Shown piece after piece: positions 9,600 to 18,116 of a DNA stretch of 33,411 nucleotides. The translations under genes were made by a program, and so were the position numbers. The stretch is from Chlamydiia bacterium (GTDB lineage: Bacteria; Chlamydiota; Chlamydiia; Chlamydiales; 2-12-FULL-49-11). How positions within the stretch are numbered: the stretch's first letter is position 1; each line of letters opens with the position of its first letter. The stretch covers positions 1-33,411 of the forward strand of contig JBIKLZ010000007.1 in the NCBI GenBank assembly GCA_044359535.1. The letters are read 5' to 3'. The notes beneath the pieces are model-generated. The model was given only the letters and a program-made list of their open reading frames with translations, had not been told where the DNA came from and did not search any database.

Positions 9600-9630
9600 T
9601 GTAAATTAATTTTTAAATTTTAATATCGCT

Positions 9631-9673
9631 AAATTGAGACACATTTCTTTTATGAATGTGTCTCAATTTTTTT
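9631..9673 (+). terminator. Rho-independent terminator
   Basis: AAATTGAGACACATT...AATGTGTCTCAATTT stem followed by a T-tract; homologous to the 8477 terminator. Confidence 0.85.
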
Positions 9674-10020
9674 CAAAATGCCCCTTTTTCTAGCATCCAC
9701 ATAGTACTTGAAAATGTCATTGGTTTCATCAGCACCTACTTATTTAAAACCCGTTAAAACAATAAAAAAAATTATCTTTTCATAATAAACTACAAATATT
9801 TCAAGATTTTTTTTATTAAAAATTCTACATTATCATTAAAAACCTATTTTATACTCCTACCCCATCGTATTATTAGGCTAACTCATTTTTACAACCAAAG
9901 CACACTTGGAATGAATTTTATGTAAATGCTTTTCATCTCCTTGAATAGGATAAAAAAAATATTTTAATAAGAGGCTTTGCCTTTTTTCTTCCTCTTCTAT
10001 ATACTTCTTTCATATTAATA

Positions 10021-10680
10021 ATGGTTTTTATGAACGAACTCCTCTTTTTTTTCCATACTCTAACCCTTTTGTTTGTTATATACATTTTTTCAAAACTTGG
10101 AAAGGAAGGGTTAATCACTGTATTTGTTCTTCAAGGGCTTATTGCAAATCTTTTTATTTTGAAACAAATTTCCCTTTTTGGTCTAGATGTCACAACAACT
10201 GATTGTTATACCATCGGCTCTTTTATCACCTTAAACCTACTTAGAGAAAAGTATGGAAATACAATTTCTAATCAAGCAATTACTATCGGTATCTGCTCCA
10301 TTGTTTTTTTACCCCTTATGTCTTTATTTCTCCTTTCTTATCAAAGCACTCTCCCAAATCTAAAAATAGATGGTTTATATGAACAGATTTTAACCCCCTC
10401 TTTTAGAATCTTTTTTGTTTCTCTTGCGTGCACCCTTTTATTTCAAAAAATGGACACCCATTTATTTGCTCAGTTTAGAAAAAAAGTCTCCTTTCAACTG
10501 TCCATGTTTTTGTCCATATCCATCTCTCAATTATTTGACACCCTCTTCTTCACCTATTTTGCCCTTTCAGGCCTTTTAGAAAATCTGATATCTATCTTTA
10601 TTTTTAGTTTTATTATTAAATCTATAACTATAGCCCTTATGACGACAGTGACAAAAGTCTTTATCAGGAGGGCTTCATGA
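10021..10680 (+). CDS. yhhQ: Queuosine precursor transporter (YhhQ/VUT family)
   Basis: Membrane protein with ANLFILKQI, LLREKYG and SQLFDTLFF motifs; ATGA overlap with tgt. Confidence 0.85.
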   Translation: MVFMNELLFFFHTLTLLFVIYIFSKLGKEGLITVFVLQGLIANLFILKQISLFGLDVTTTDCYTIGSFITLNLLREKYGNTISNQAITIGICSIVFLPLMSLFLLSYQSTLPNLKIDGLYEQILTPSFRIFFVSLACTLLFQKMDTHLFAQFRKKVSFQLSMFLSISISQLFDTLFFTYFALSGLLENLISIFIFSFIIKSITIALMTTVTKVFIRRAS

Positions 10681-11813
10681 TCACTTCCCATTTTTCCTTT
10701 GAAATCACCCATACTTCAAAAAAATCACGGGCAAGGGCTGGAAAAATTCACACCCCACACGGAATTATCCATACCCCAGGATTTGTTGCTGTAGGAACAA
10801 ACGGCACTATTAAGGCGCTAGATAGCACAATGGTTGATCAAATTGGCTTAGAACTCTTATTTTGCAACACCTATCATTTACTCCTTCAACCCGGCCCTGA
10901 AGTGATCGAAAATGCCGGAGGGCTCCATCTTTTTATGCATCGAGATAAGCCCATTATCACCGATTCAGGGGGATTTCAAGTCTTTAGTCTTGCCTATGGA
11001 GGGGTAGCAAGTGAACTAAAAAGTTCAGGAAAGAAAAAAACTGCTGGTTCAGTACTAAAGATTACTGAAGATGGGGTCCTTTTTCGTTCCTATAGGGATG
11101 GAAAAAAAATCCTTCTTACCCCAGAAAGCTCTATTTTAGTACAAAAAGCCCTCGGCGCAGATATCATCATCCCCCTTGATGAACTGCCCCCTTATCATAT
11201 TTCACAGCAAGCACTCCTTGAATCATTCAACAGAACCCATAGATGGGAAATCCGCTCCCTAGAAGAACATCTAAAAAATCCGATGAAACAGGCAATGTAC
11301 AATGTTGTCCATGGCGGCATTGATGACTCTTTAAGGAAAAAGTCTGTTAAAATCCTTAGACAACACCCTTTTGATGGTTTTGCTATTGGAGGGAGCCTTG
11401 GAAAAAATAAAGGGGAAATGTTCCATTTATTACATCATGTTCGTGATGAAATCCCAAAAGAGTTCCCTGTCCACCTTTTAGGTATTGGCGATCTATCTTC
11501 CTTAGAAGCCCTTATCCCTTTAGGTATTGATACCTTTGATTCATCCTATCCAACAAAAGCTGCAAGACATGGGACACTTTTGACTCATCAAGGCCCTTTA
11601 AATGTGACTAAAGCTCAATATAAAAGTGATTTCTCTCCTGTAGAAGAAAGCTGCTCTTGCCATACCTGCCTTCACTATACAAAAGCCTATCTTCATCATC
11701 TTTTTGCCTCTCATGAATACACAGCCCATACCCTAGCCTCCATTCATAATCTCCATTTTATGGTCAAATACATGGAAAAAAAGCGCCTTGATATCCTTAA
11801 TAACGATATCTAA
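10677..11813 (+). CDS. tgt: tRNA-guanine transglycosylase
   Basis: SRARAGKIHTPHG, CNTYHL, TDSGGFQVFSL, GIDTFDS; Zn ligands CSCHTC and HNL. Confidence 0.96.
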   Translation: MITSHFSFEITHTSKKSRARAGKIHTPHGIIHTPGFVAVGTNGTIKALDSTMVDQIGLELLFCNTYHLLLQPGPEVIENAGGLHLFMHRDKPIITDSGGFQVFSLAYGGVASELKSSGKKKTAGSVLKITEDGVLFRSYRDGKKILLTPESSILVQKALGADIIIPLDELPPYHISQQALLESFNRTHRWEIRSLEEHLKNPMKQAMYNVVHGGIDDSLRKKSVKILRQHPFDGFAIGGSLGKNKGEMFHLLHHVRDEIPKEFPVHLLGIGDLSSLEALIPLGIDTFDSSYPTKAARHGTLLTHQGPLNVTKAQYKSDFSPVEESCSCHTCLHYTKAYLHHLFASHEYTAHTLASIHNLHFMVKYMEKKRLDILNNDI

Positions 11814-11849
11814 TTGACTCCAATCTTTCCTTTAAGATACAATTATCCC

Positions 11850-12803
11850 ATGATTTTGCCACCCCTTCTCTATTTTATCTGGTCTTTAGCCTTCCCTATT
11901 GGCAAAAAATTAGTTGAATTTTCCCCTCCACTTTTTTTAACAGGTTCAAGAATGGTCCTAGGCGGTGGTTTCCTCTTTCTCTATATGACCCTATTTCAAA
12001 GAAAAAGTTTTAAAAAAATCCCTTTTATTGGCTGGATCGCTTTATCCCTCCTTGCCTTTTTTAGTATATTCTTAACAAATATTTTAGAGTTCTGGAGCTT
12101 GCAATACTTAAGCTCTGCTAAAACCTGCTTTTTATACAGCTTTTCCCCCTTTTTAACAGCCGTTTTATCCTATATTCACTTTAATGAAAAAATGACGCTA
12201 AAAAAGGGGTTGGGAATAAGTGTTGGAACATTAGGCTTTTTCCCCGTTTTAATTGCCGAAGATAAAGGCTCCTTTGTTTCTTTATTTTCGATTTCTCTTC
12301 CAGAACTGGCAATGTTTGGAGCTGTCTTTTTTGCTGTCTATGGATGGATCCTTTTAAGGATTCTTGTGAAGGACAATCAGATCTCTCCCCCATTAGCCAA
12401 TGCAATTTCAATGGGGTTAGGGGGAATCATTTCAATAATTGCTTCATTGTTTATTGACTCTTGGTCCCCAATACCGATAAAAGAGGGCTCAAGGTTCACT
12501 TTTACTGCCCTTTTATTCCTCCTTACTTTTATTTCTAATGGGATATGTTACAATCTATACGGCTACTTGTTAAAAAAGTACACAGCCACCTTTCTTTCTT
12601 TTTTTGGTCTCCTATCCCCAATTTTTACATCGATCCATGGTTTTCTTATTTTAAATGAGCCTATTTCTCCAACCATCCTTTTATCTACAGCCATTGTCTT
12701 TTTAGGACTTTTTTTAGTCTATAGCGAAGATACAAAACTTGGGTATATTCAAAAAAACTCTACCGAGCCTTCTGTTCAATCAGATAATCCACAAAGGGTT
12801 TAA
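11850..12803 (+). CDS. DMT/EamA family transporter
   Basis: About 10 TM segments in two EamA halves (PPLFLTGSR, LLSPIFT..GFLILNEPIS). ATG 11850 preferred over TTG 11814, which coincides with a -35 box. Confidence 0.85.
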   Translation: MILPPLLYFIWSLAFPIGKKLVEFSPPLFLTGSRMVLGGGFLFLYMTLFQRKSFKKIPFIGWIALSLLAFFSIFLTNILEFWSLQYLSSAKTCFLYSFSPFLTAVLSYIHFNEKMTLKKGLGISVGTLGFFPVLIAEDKGSFVSLFSISLPELAMFGAVFFAVYGWILLRILVKDNQISPPLANAISMGLGGIISIIASLFIDSWSPIPIKEGSRFTFTALLFLLTFISNGICYNLYGYLLKKYTATFLSFFGLLSPIFTSIHGFLILNEPISPTILLSTAIVFLGLFLVYSEDTKLGYIQKNSTEPSVQSDNPQRV

Positions 12804-13332
12804 AGGCATCTTGATCCCCATCTTCTCCATGTTTTCCACATGTTTCTCCAATTATAAAGGTTTTTTCCTTATTAAGATGAAGATGCTCCGAAAATGAATT
12901 CATCGTTCTTTTAAAACAACTTTTGTTCACATACAATTTCATCATGTTCGGGTAAAGCCCCTCAATAAAATTATTGTATTTAAATGAACTTTGCTTAATC
13001 ACCTTCATTTGATTAGCTAAATGTGGATCAGAAAAAATAATGGCTAAAAAAGCTAGCGGTGAGGGAACCCCTTTATCCACATTTCTTCCAAGTTGTTTTA
13101 GATGATTGCGCTTAAAGGCTAACCCTACGGTAGAGGTATCTGCTAAAGTATTAATGATCTCTGCAATATCCTTTTTACTCTCTACAGAGGCTTTCATACT
13201 AAAAGATTTGCATTTAGGAGCTGTTTCATCGGCTTTTTTTTCATAAGGTAAATACCCTAGGTAAAATAAAAGCGCCATAACAAGTGCTCCTAAAAATAAA
13301 AAAATTGAAGTATATTTTATAAAAATTTTCAT
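12760..13332 (-). CDS. Conserved hypothetical protein with N-terminal membrane anchor (resembles a Chlamydiota-conserved family)
   Basis: 190-aa ORF, N-terminal TM, KKDIAEIINTLA...PLAFLAIIFSDP pattern recalled from chlamydial hypotheticals (not verified). Confidence 0.6.
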   Translation of the reverse strand: MKIFIKYTSIFLFLGALVMALLFYLGYLPYEKKADETAPKCKSFSMKASVESKKDIAEIINTLADTSTVGLAFKRNHLKQLGRNVDKGVPSPLAFLAIIFSDPHLANQMKVIKQSSFKYNNFIEGLYPNMMKLYVNKSCFKRTMNSFSEHLHLNKEKTFIIGETCGKHGEDGDQDAFKPFVDYLIEQKAR

Positions 13333-13409
13333 ATCTTACCTATAGAGTATTCACCCATTTATTTCAACGCTTTAAATATATCGATCAATGCTGTATAGTC
13401 TATTATATT

Positions 13410-14627
13410 ATGTCTACACAAGTTCAAAAATCATCCCTTTACAAAGAAGATGTCATTCCATACAGTGAGGAAGCATCCCCTCCTAAAAATTTCTGTGACA
13501 AGGTGCTTTTTATCATCGCATCGGTTTTTTTGGGCCTTCTCCAATGTTTAGTCGTTTTAGGGGTCCTTTTTATAGGTCTATTTTTTAAAGGGGGTCCAAT
13601 ACAATTTTTAATTTCAAAATGTATCCTCGGTCAAACCGTTGTCGATTCAGTAAGAACAAAAAAAATTGCAGCAATGGAAGCAAAAGCTCGGAGCCATTTT
13701 ACTAAACAGACTGCAAAAGATCAATTGGATGAGGATCGTTTAATGGACGATGCAGAATTTAAACAAGTATTTGTAAACACTCATACGGAAAAATCTGAAA
13801 ACCTTAAATTACAAACATTTATAATTACATCAAAGACTTGTGATAGTAGAAACAGAATAAAGGGTAAATGGATTATTTTAACTCCAGGGATGCACAGCTC
13901 CACCTATTCACAATTTCAAGTAATGATCGACTTATTTAATGGAAGTGATGTTGAAGGGGTCATCTGTACAAATCCACCTGGAACTGGAAAATCAGAGGGA
14001 AAGACAAAGAGTCCTCTTGATTTTTGTACAGCCGGAAGTTGTGCCTTTGATTATCTTTATGGGATATATAAAGAAAAATTGGATGTCACCTTTTGGGGGC
14101 ATTCTATGGGCGGGGCTTCTGCTATTAAAAATGCAAATGATAAATCAAAACTCAACCCAGAGATCTCTATCAATGTGGTTCTTGATCGAACTTTTAAAGG
14201 ACAACTCTGTGAAGCTATTGGTAAGTCTCCTATAGTTTTACACCCTTGTAGAGAATTATTATCTTCTTTAGCAAAAAAATTTTTTAATTTTGACCTTAGC
14301 AATGAAGTTAACAATTCTCAAGTGCCTATCATTGTGATTGGAAACAAAGGTGACACTGTTATTGATTTTGATCAATCAGCTCTTAAGCTTCAACAGAAAA
14401 ATATTCTACACAGGTATGAAACATCTTTTAAAAATCACCCAACAACTGATCTATCAAAATCAAATATCGCCCTTAAAAATGAGATCTCCACCCTTTCTTC
14501 AACAGTAGCTCACTCTTTACCCCATACACTAGCACTTATTGGTCGAGTGTTTCAAGACTTTAAAAACAAAACACTTTCATCTTCATCTTATGAAGCGAAT
14601 GATCCCCTAGATCAATATAAATGTTAA
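13410..14627 (+). CDS. Membrane-anchored alpha/beta hydrolase
   Basis: Nucleophile elbow WGHSMGG, NPPGTGKSEG, LDRTF, candidate Asp in GDTVI and late His; long N-terminal hydrophobic segment. Confidence 0.8.
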   Translation: MSTQVQKSSLYKEDVIPYSEEASPPKNFCDKVLFIIASVFLGLLQCLVVLGVLFIGLFFKGGPIQFLISKCILGQTVVDSVRTKKIAAMEAKARSHFTKQTAKDQLDEDRLMDDAEFKQVFVNTHTEKSENLKLQTFIITSKTCDSRNRIKGKWIILTPGMHSSTYSQFQVMIDLFNGSDVEGVICTNPPGTGKSEGKTKSPLDFCTAGSCAFDYLYGIYKEKLDVTFWGHSMGGASAIKNANDKSKLNPEISINVVLDRTFKGQLCEAIGKSPIVLHPCRELLSSLAKKFFNFDLSNEVNNSQVPIIVIGNKGDTVIDFDQSALKLQQKNILHRYETSFKNHPTTDLSKSNIALKNEISTLSSTVAHSLPHTLALIGRVFQDFKNKTLSSSSYEANDPLDQYKC

Positions 14628-14674
14628 TTTAAATTAACAATCTGTTTTTAAAAAAGAAAGGGATATAATTAATT

Positions 14675-14748
14675 TGCGGATGCCAAGATTTGAACTTGGG
14701 ACCTCGTCATTATCAGTGACGCGCTCTAACCAACTGAGCTACACCCGC
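14675..14748 (-). tRNA. tRNA-Ile(GAT)
   Basis: Reverse complement GCGGGTGTAGCTCAGTTGGTTAGAGCGCGTCACT-GAT-AATGACGAGGTCCCAAGTTCAAATCTTGGCATCCGCA folds into a cloverleaf; CCA not encoded. Confidence 0.95.
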
Positions 14749-14755
14749 AAAAAAA

Positions 14756-14828
14756 TGGAGGTTAGGAGACTCGAACCCCTGACCTTCTGGTTGCAAACCA
14801 GATGCTCTACCAATTGAGCTAAACCCCC
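14756..14828 (-). tRNA. tRNA-Ala(TGC)
   Basis: GGGGGTTTAGCTCAATTGGTAGAGCATCTGGTT-TGC-AACCAGAAGGTCAGGGGTTCGAGTCTCCTAACCTCCA; G3:U70 present. Confidence 0.95.
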
Positions 14829-14866
14829 ATAACACTATCTCATGAACAAAGATATGGAAAGGTCAT

Positions 14867-14895
14867 ATAATAGCAAGACCCATCATTTAACGCAA
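14867..14895 (-). promoter_or_regulatory. Promoter for tRNA-Ala/Ile
   Basis: TTGCGT-17 bp-TATTAT on the minus strand. Confidence 0.55.
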
Positions 14896-14979
14896 GTTTA
14901 AGATGCAAAAAAAATATCCCCTACTTTCTTATTGCTGATTTGGCTTCTGTTTGCTATACTTTATTTACTCATAAAGGTA

Positions 14980-16392
14980 ATGATGAATACGCTTTTTAAA
15001 AATGGATCTTTAAAGGAATTGTGGAAAATATCCTACCCAATGATGATCAATTTTCTCTCTTTTTGTACAATGCTTTTTGTGGATAGAATCTTTTTATCCC
15101 TTCATTCAAAAGAATCTTTAACCGCTTCGGTCACTGCAGGGACCCTTTCTTGGGCGTGCATTACTGCAATTTTAACCTTAGCAGCCATGTCAGAGGTCTT
15201 TGTCTCTCAATTTAACGGAGCCCAAAAAACCAAAGAACTGGGTAGACCTGTATGGCAAATGTTATGGCTCTGTCTTTTTTCTTTTGCTTTTTTTATCCCT
15301 GTCGGTCTGACAGTTGCCCCCCTTATTTTCCCCTATACCCTCTTTCCTTTAGAAAATAGCTACTTTCTTTTTTTCATGTTCACTGGACCTTTTTTCTGCT
15401 TTAATTCAGCTTTAGCCGGATTTTTTATAGGAAGGGGGTATCCAAAAATCATTCAGTGGATGGCAATTGTTAGTAATTTAATCAATGTCATTTTAGACCC
15501 CATCTTTATCTTCGGAATAGAGGGTTTTTTCCCTTCTTTTGGAATGATAGGGGCTGCCTATGCAACCCTTATTAGTGCGTTAGTTCAAGGAGTGGTCATC
15601 TTCTTATACTTTATTAATTCAAGACATAGCACACTTTTTGATACAAGAAACTATCAATTCGATAAAAAACTGTTTATATCTTGTTTAAAAGTTGGAATCC
15701 CCCCTGCTGTGTTTGTCTCTTTAGAACTTGTGGGTTGGACAACTTTTTATATGATGATGAGAAACATCAGCCAAACTCATATTTTCATTGCAAGTATTTT
15801 ACAAAGTATATTAATTCTTCTATTCTTCGTAGGTTGGGGGCTAGAAAAAGGGTGTGTGGCTATTGCTGGAAATTTTATAGGACAAAAGAAAAGTTATTTA
15901 GTCAAGAATGTATTCATCTCCTCTCTTAAACTTTTATCCATTTTTTCTGCTCTTTTAGCCGTTTGTTTAGCCCTTTTTAATGAGCCCATCATCAACTGGT
16001 TTTTTAATGATGGCTCTGTCCCCATAGAATCACTGCAAGAGACAAAATCGATTGCTAGAACCTCTCTTTTTTACCTCTTTTTTATCATCCTTTTTGAAAA
16101 CATCCGCTATGCCTTAAATGGGATTTTAACCGCTGCGGGGGACACCTTATTTCTCCTTTTTGCCGGAACAGCTTCTTTATGGATCTTTTGCTTTATCCCC
16201 ACCTACTTCTTTATTTATCTTCCAAAAGCATCCATCATCTATGCCTACGCTATTCAAGTCTTTTATTCTTGTGCGGCACTAATCATTGTTTATATAAGAT
16301 ATGCTCAAGGTAAATGGAAAACCCTTTCCCTTACAGAGGATCAAGATCGATCCCCTATCCAAAGCACTTTGGATATCGAAACTATTAAATAA
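14980..16392 (+). CDS. MATE family efflux transporter
   Basis: ELWKISYPM..FVDRIFLS, NVILDPIFIFG..GMIGAAYAT, 12 TM. ATG at about 14980 preferred; the TTG at 14932 coincides with a TTGCTG-17-TATACT promoter. Confidence 0.9.
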   Translation: MMNTLFKNGSLKELWKISYPMMINFLSFCTMLFVDRIFLSLHSKESLTASVTAGTLSWACITAILTLAAMSEVFVSQFNGAQKTKELGRPVWQMLWLCLFSFAFFIPVGLTVAPLIFPYTLFPLENSYFLFFMFTGPFFCFNSALAGFFIGRGYPKIIQWMAIVSNLINVILDPIFIFGIEGFFPSFGMIGAAYATLISALVQGVVIFLYFINSRHSTLFDTRNYQFDKKLFISCLKVGIPPAVFVSLELVGWTTFYMMMRNISQTHIFIASILQSILILLFFVGWGLEKGCVAIAGNFIGQKKSYLVKNVFISSLKLLSIFSALLAVCLALFNEPIINWFFNDGSVPIESLQETKSIARTSLFYLFFIILFENIRYALNGILTAAGDTLFLLFAGTASLWIFCFIPTYFFIYLPKASIIYAYAIQVFYSCAALIIVYIRYAQGKWKTLSLTEDQDRSPIQSTLDIETIK

Positions 16393-17321
16393 TGAAAAAA
16401 AAACTTTTTTTAGCTCCCATGGAGGGTCTTGGAAATTTCCCCTTTAGAAATGCCCTTTCATTCATTGGCGGATTTGATGAGGCTACTAAAGAGTTTATAA
16501 GCACTCCAAAAGGGGCTCACACAAAAAGTCTTTCAAAAAAGTTTTGTCCAAATGACACTTTTCCCATCCCCCAAGCAGCTCAAATTATGGGAAGCTGTCC
16601 TGACACTTTATCTTCCATGACAGAGCAATTAAATGCTCGTGGAGCACTTCGCATTGAACTTAATGCTGGGTGCCCTTCAAATACTGTCACAGGAAACGGT
16701 TCTGGATCTTCTCTTTTAAAGGATCCTCATCAACTTTATAGAATCTTAAAGGCAATGGTCTCCTCCTCAAGTGTTCCTGTATCTGTAAAAATGCGCACAG
16801 GCTATCTTAATACCGATCTATTCGAAGAAAATATTTTAGCTGCTCAAAGTGCCGGAATCTGTCACCTCACCCTTCATGCAAGGACAAAAGAACAAGGCTA
16901 CAAAGGTTTTGCTGATCTAGATTTCATTAGGCGAGCTAAACAACTGCTCACTATCCCCCTTATTGGAAATGGAGATATCAAAAATAAAGGCGATGCAGAA
17001 AAAATGATAACAACCACTTTATGCGATGGAATTATGATTGGAAGAGGGGCCTTAATCAATCCATGGATTTTTCATGAAATCAAAGGAACATCTCAAAATG
17101 ATCCTCAAAAAACCCTTTCATACTTAGAAAAATATTATGAAAATATTCAAAAGAGTCCTCATCGAAATCAAATCAGTCAGATGAAGGCCCTGTTTTCCTA
17201 TCTTTTTCAAAAAAATGAACCCCTTTTATCCCTTAGAAAGGAGATCCTTTCAAGCAAGCAAACCGATCCACGGAAATTTTTTGAATTCTGCTTACAAACA
17301 TCCGGTGGTTTTCTTATTTAG
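16392..17321 (+). CDS. dus: tRNA-dihydrouridine synthase family protein
   Basis: LAPMEG, ELNAGCP, GSGSSLL, VSVKMRTG, LHART, IGNGDI, GIMIGRGA. Confidence 0.93.
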   Translation: MKKKLFLAPMEGLGNFPFRNALSFIGGFDEATKEFISTPKGAHTKSLSKKFCPNDTFPIPQAAQIMGSCPDTLSSMTEQLNARGALRIELNAGCPSNTVTGNGSGSSLLKDPHQLYRILKAMVSSSSVPVSVKMRTGYLNTDLFEENILAAQSAGICHLTLHARTKEQGYKGFADLDFIRRAKQLLTIPLIGNGDIKNKGDAEKMITTTLCDGIMIGRGALINPWIFHEIKGTSQNDPQKTLSYLEKYYENIQKSPHRNQISQMKALFSYLFQKNEPLLSLRKEILSSKQTDPRKFFEFCLQTSGGFLI

Positions 17322-17999
17322 GTAACGATTAAATACAAAGAGGGCATAAATGAATCCGGCAATACTATAAAGCCAGCCATGCCAACCTATCAAATAGTAG
17401 GGCCATTGCCCCACATTTAAAAGGTGAACCACCTCCGGTTTTTCTATTAAGTACATATAGTTTGCCCCAAGCTGTAGATCTATCCAATAGACCATAGCAG
17501 CAATCACTTCCATTCCAAGAATGACCCTTAATAACGACCCTTTCCTTGGCACGTACTTCATACAGACAGCCATGAAAATGGGGACAAAAATGGTTAGGGC
17601 ATGAGAAGCAAAGTAATCTATCAATAGATACTCTTCCCCCTTTGCCACTTGCACTGAGGAGACAAACGCTTGTAAAGGGCCCGAAATTCCAAAAAAAAGA
17701 GAAAACTCAAACGCTCTTTTACTTTTAAAAAGGGCAGCACAAATGGCAAACATCTCCATAATAGAGCAGTAGGCAAGGGGTAAACTTACAGAAAGGGCAA
17801 ATAGATCTTTATACCAAAGGTACCCTTCCATAAATAGAAGATTAAGGAGCATTCCCAGCCCAAAAGAGTTCAAAATCCAACTATTACACTTCATAGAAAC
17901 CCTTTTTCCCACAATTAAAAGGGCTCCAAAGACACTTACACAACAACCCACCATTACCGCCCAAGAAAATGTACCTGGAATGATTTCAATACTTTGCAT
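17292..17999 (-). CDS. YwaF/TIGR02206-like integral membrane protein
   Basis: LPLAYC, YFASH, GANYMYL..KP and WPYY motifs with multiple TMs. Confidence 0.75.
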   Translation of the reverse strand: MQSIEIIPGTFSWAVMVGCCVSVFGALLIVGKRVSMKCNSWILNSFGLGMLLNLLFMEGYLWYKDLFALSVSLPLAYCSIMEMFAICAALFKSKRAFEFSLFFGISGPLQAFVSSVQVAKGEEYLLIDYFASHALTIFVPIFMAVCMKYVPRKGSLLRVILGMEVIAAMVYWIDLQLGANYMYLIEKPEVVHLLNVGQWPYYLIGWHGWLYSIAGFIYALFVFNRYLNKKTTGCL

Positions 18000-18116
18000 A
18001 CCTTTCCCCTTTTAAGATATTTTAACAAAATCTTTAAAAAAGGATTTAAGCGACTTGAAACCAATTATTTACATTTAAGCCTTGTATTTAAATGTGTCTC
18101 TCATAAGGGTAAAGCT

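Noticed and set aside
9680-10020. preQ1 riboswitch upstream of yhhQ-tgt
   Set aside because: No recognisable preQ1 stem-loop with an A-rich tail; the region is featureless AT-rich sequence and the 61-aa minus ORF is unsupported.
14675-14828. tRNA-Ile/Ala as an rRNA spacer or island integration site
   Set aside because: No rRNA flanks, no integrase and no duplicated tRNA 3' end in the window.
17994-18116. N-terminal extensions given by the ORF track (ndh 17994, MATE 14932, ychJ 20381, 24044, rlmD 24219, ttcA 31103)
   Set aside because: They start at TTG/GTG codons within promoter or intergenic sequence or overlap neighbours; family homology begins at the downstream ATGs.
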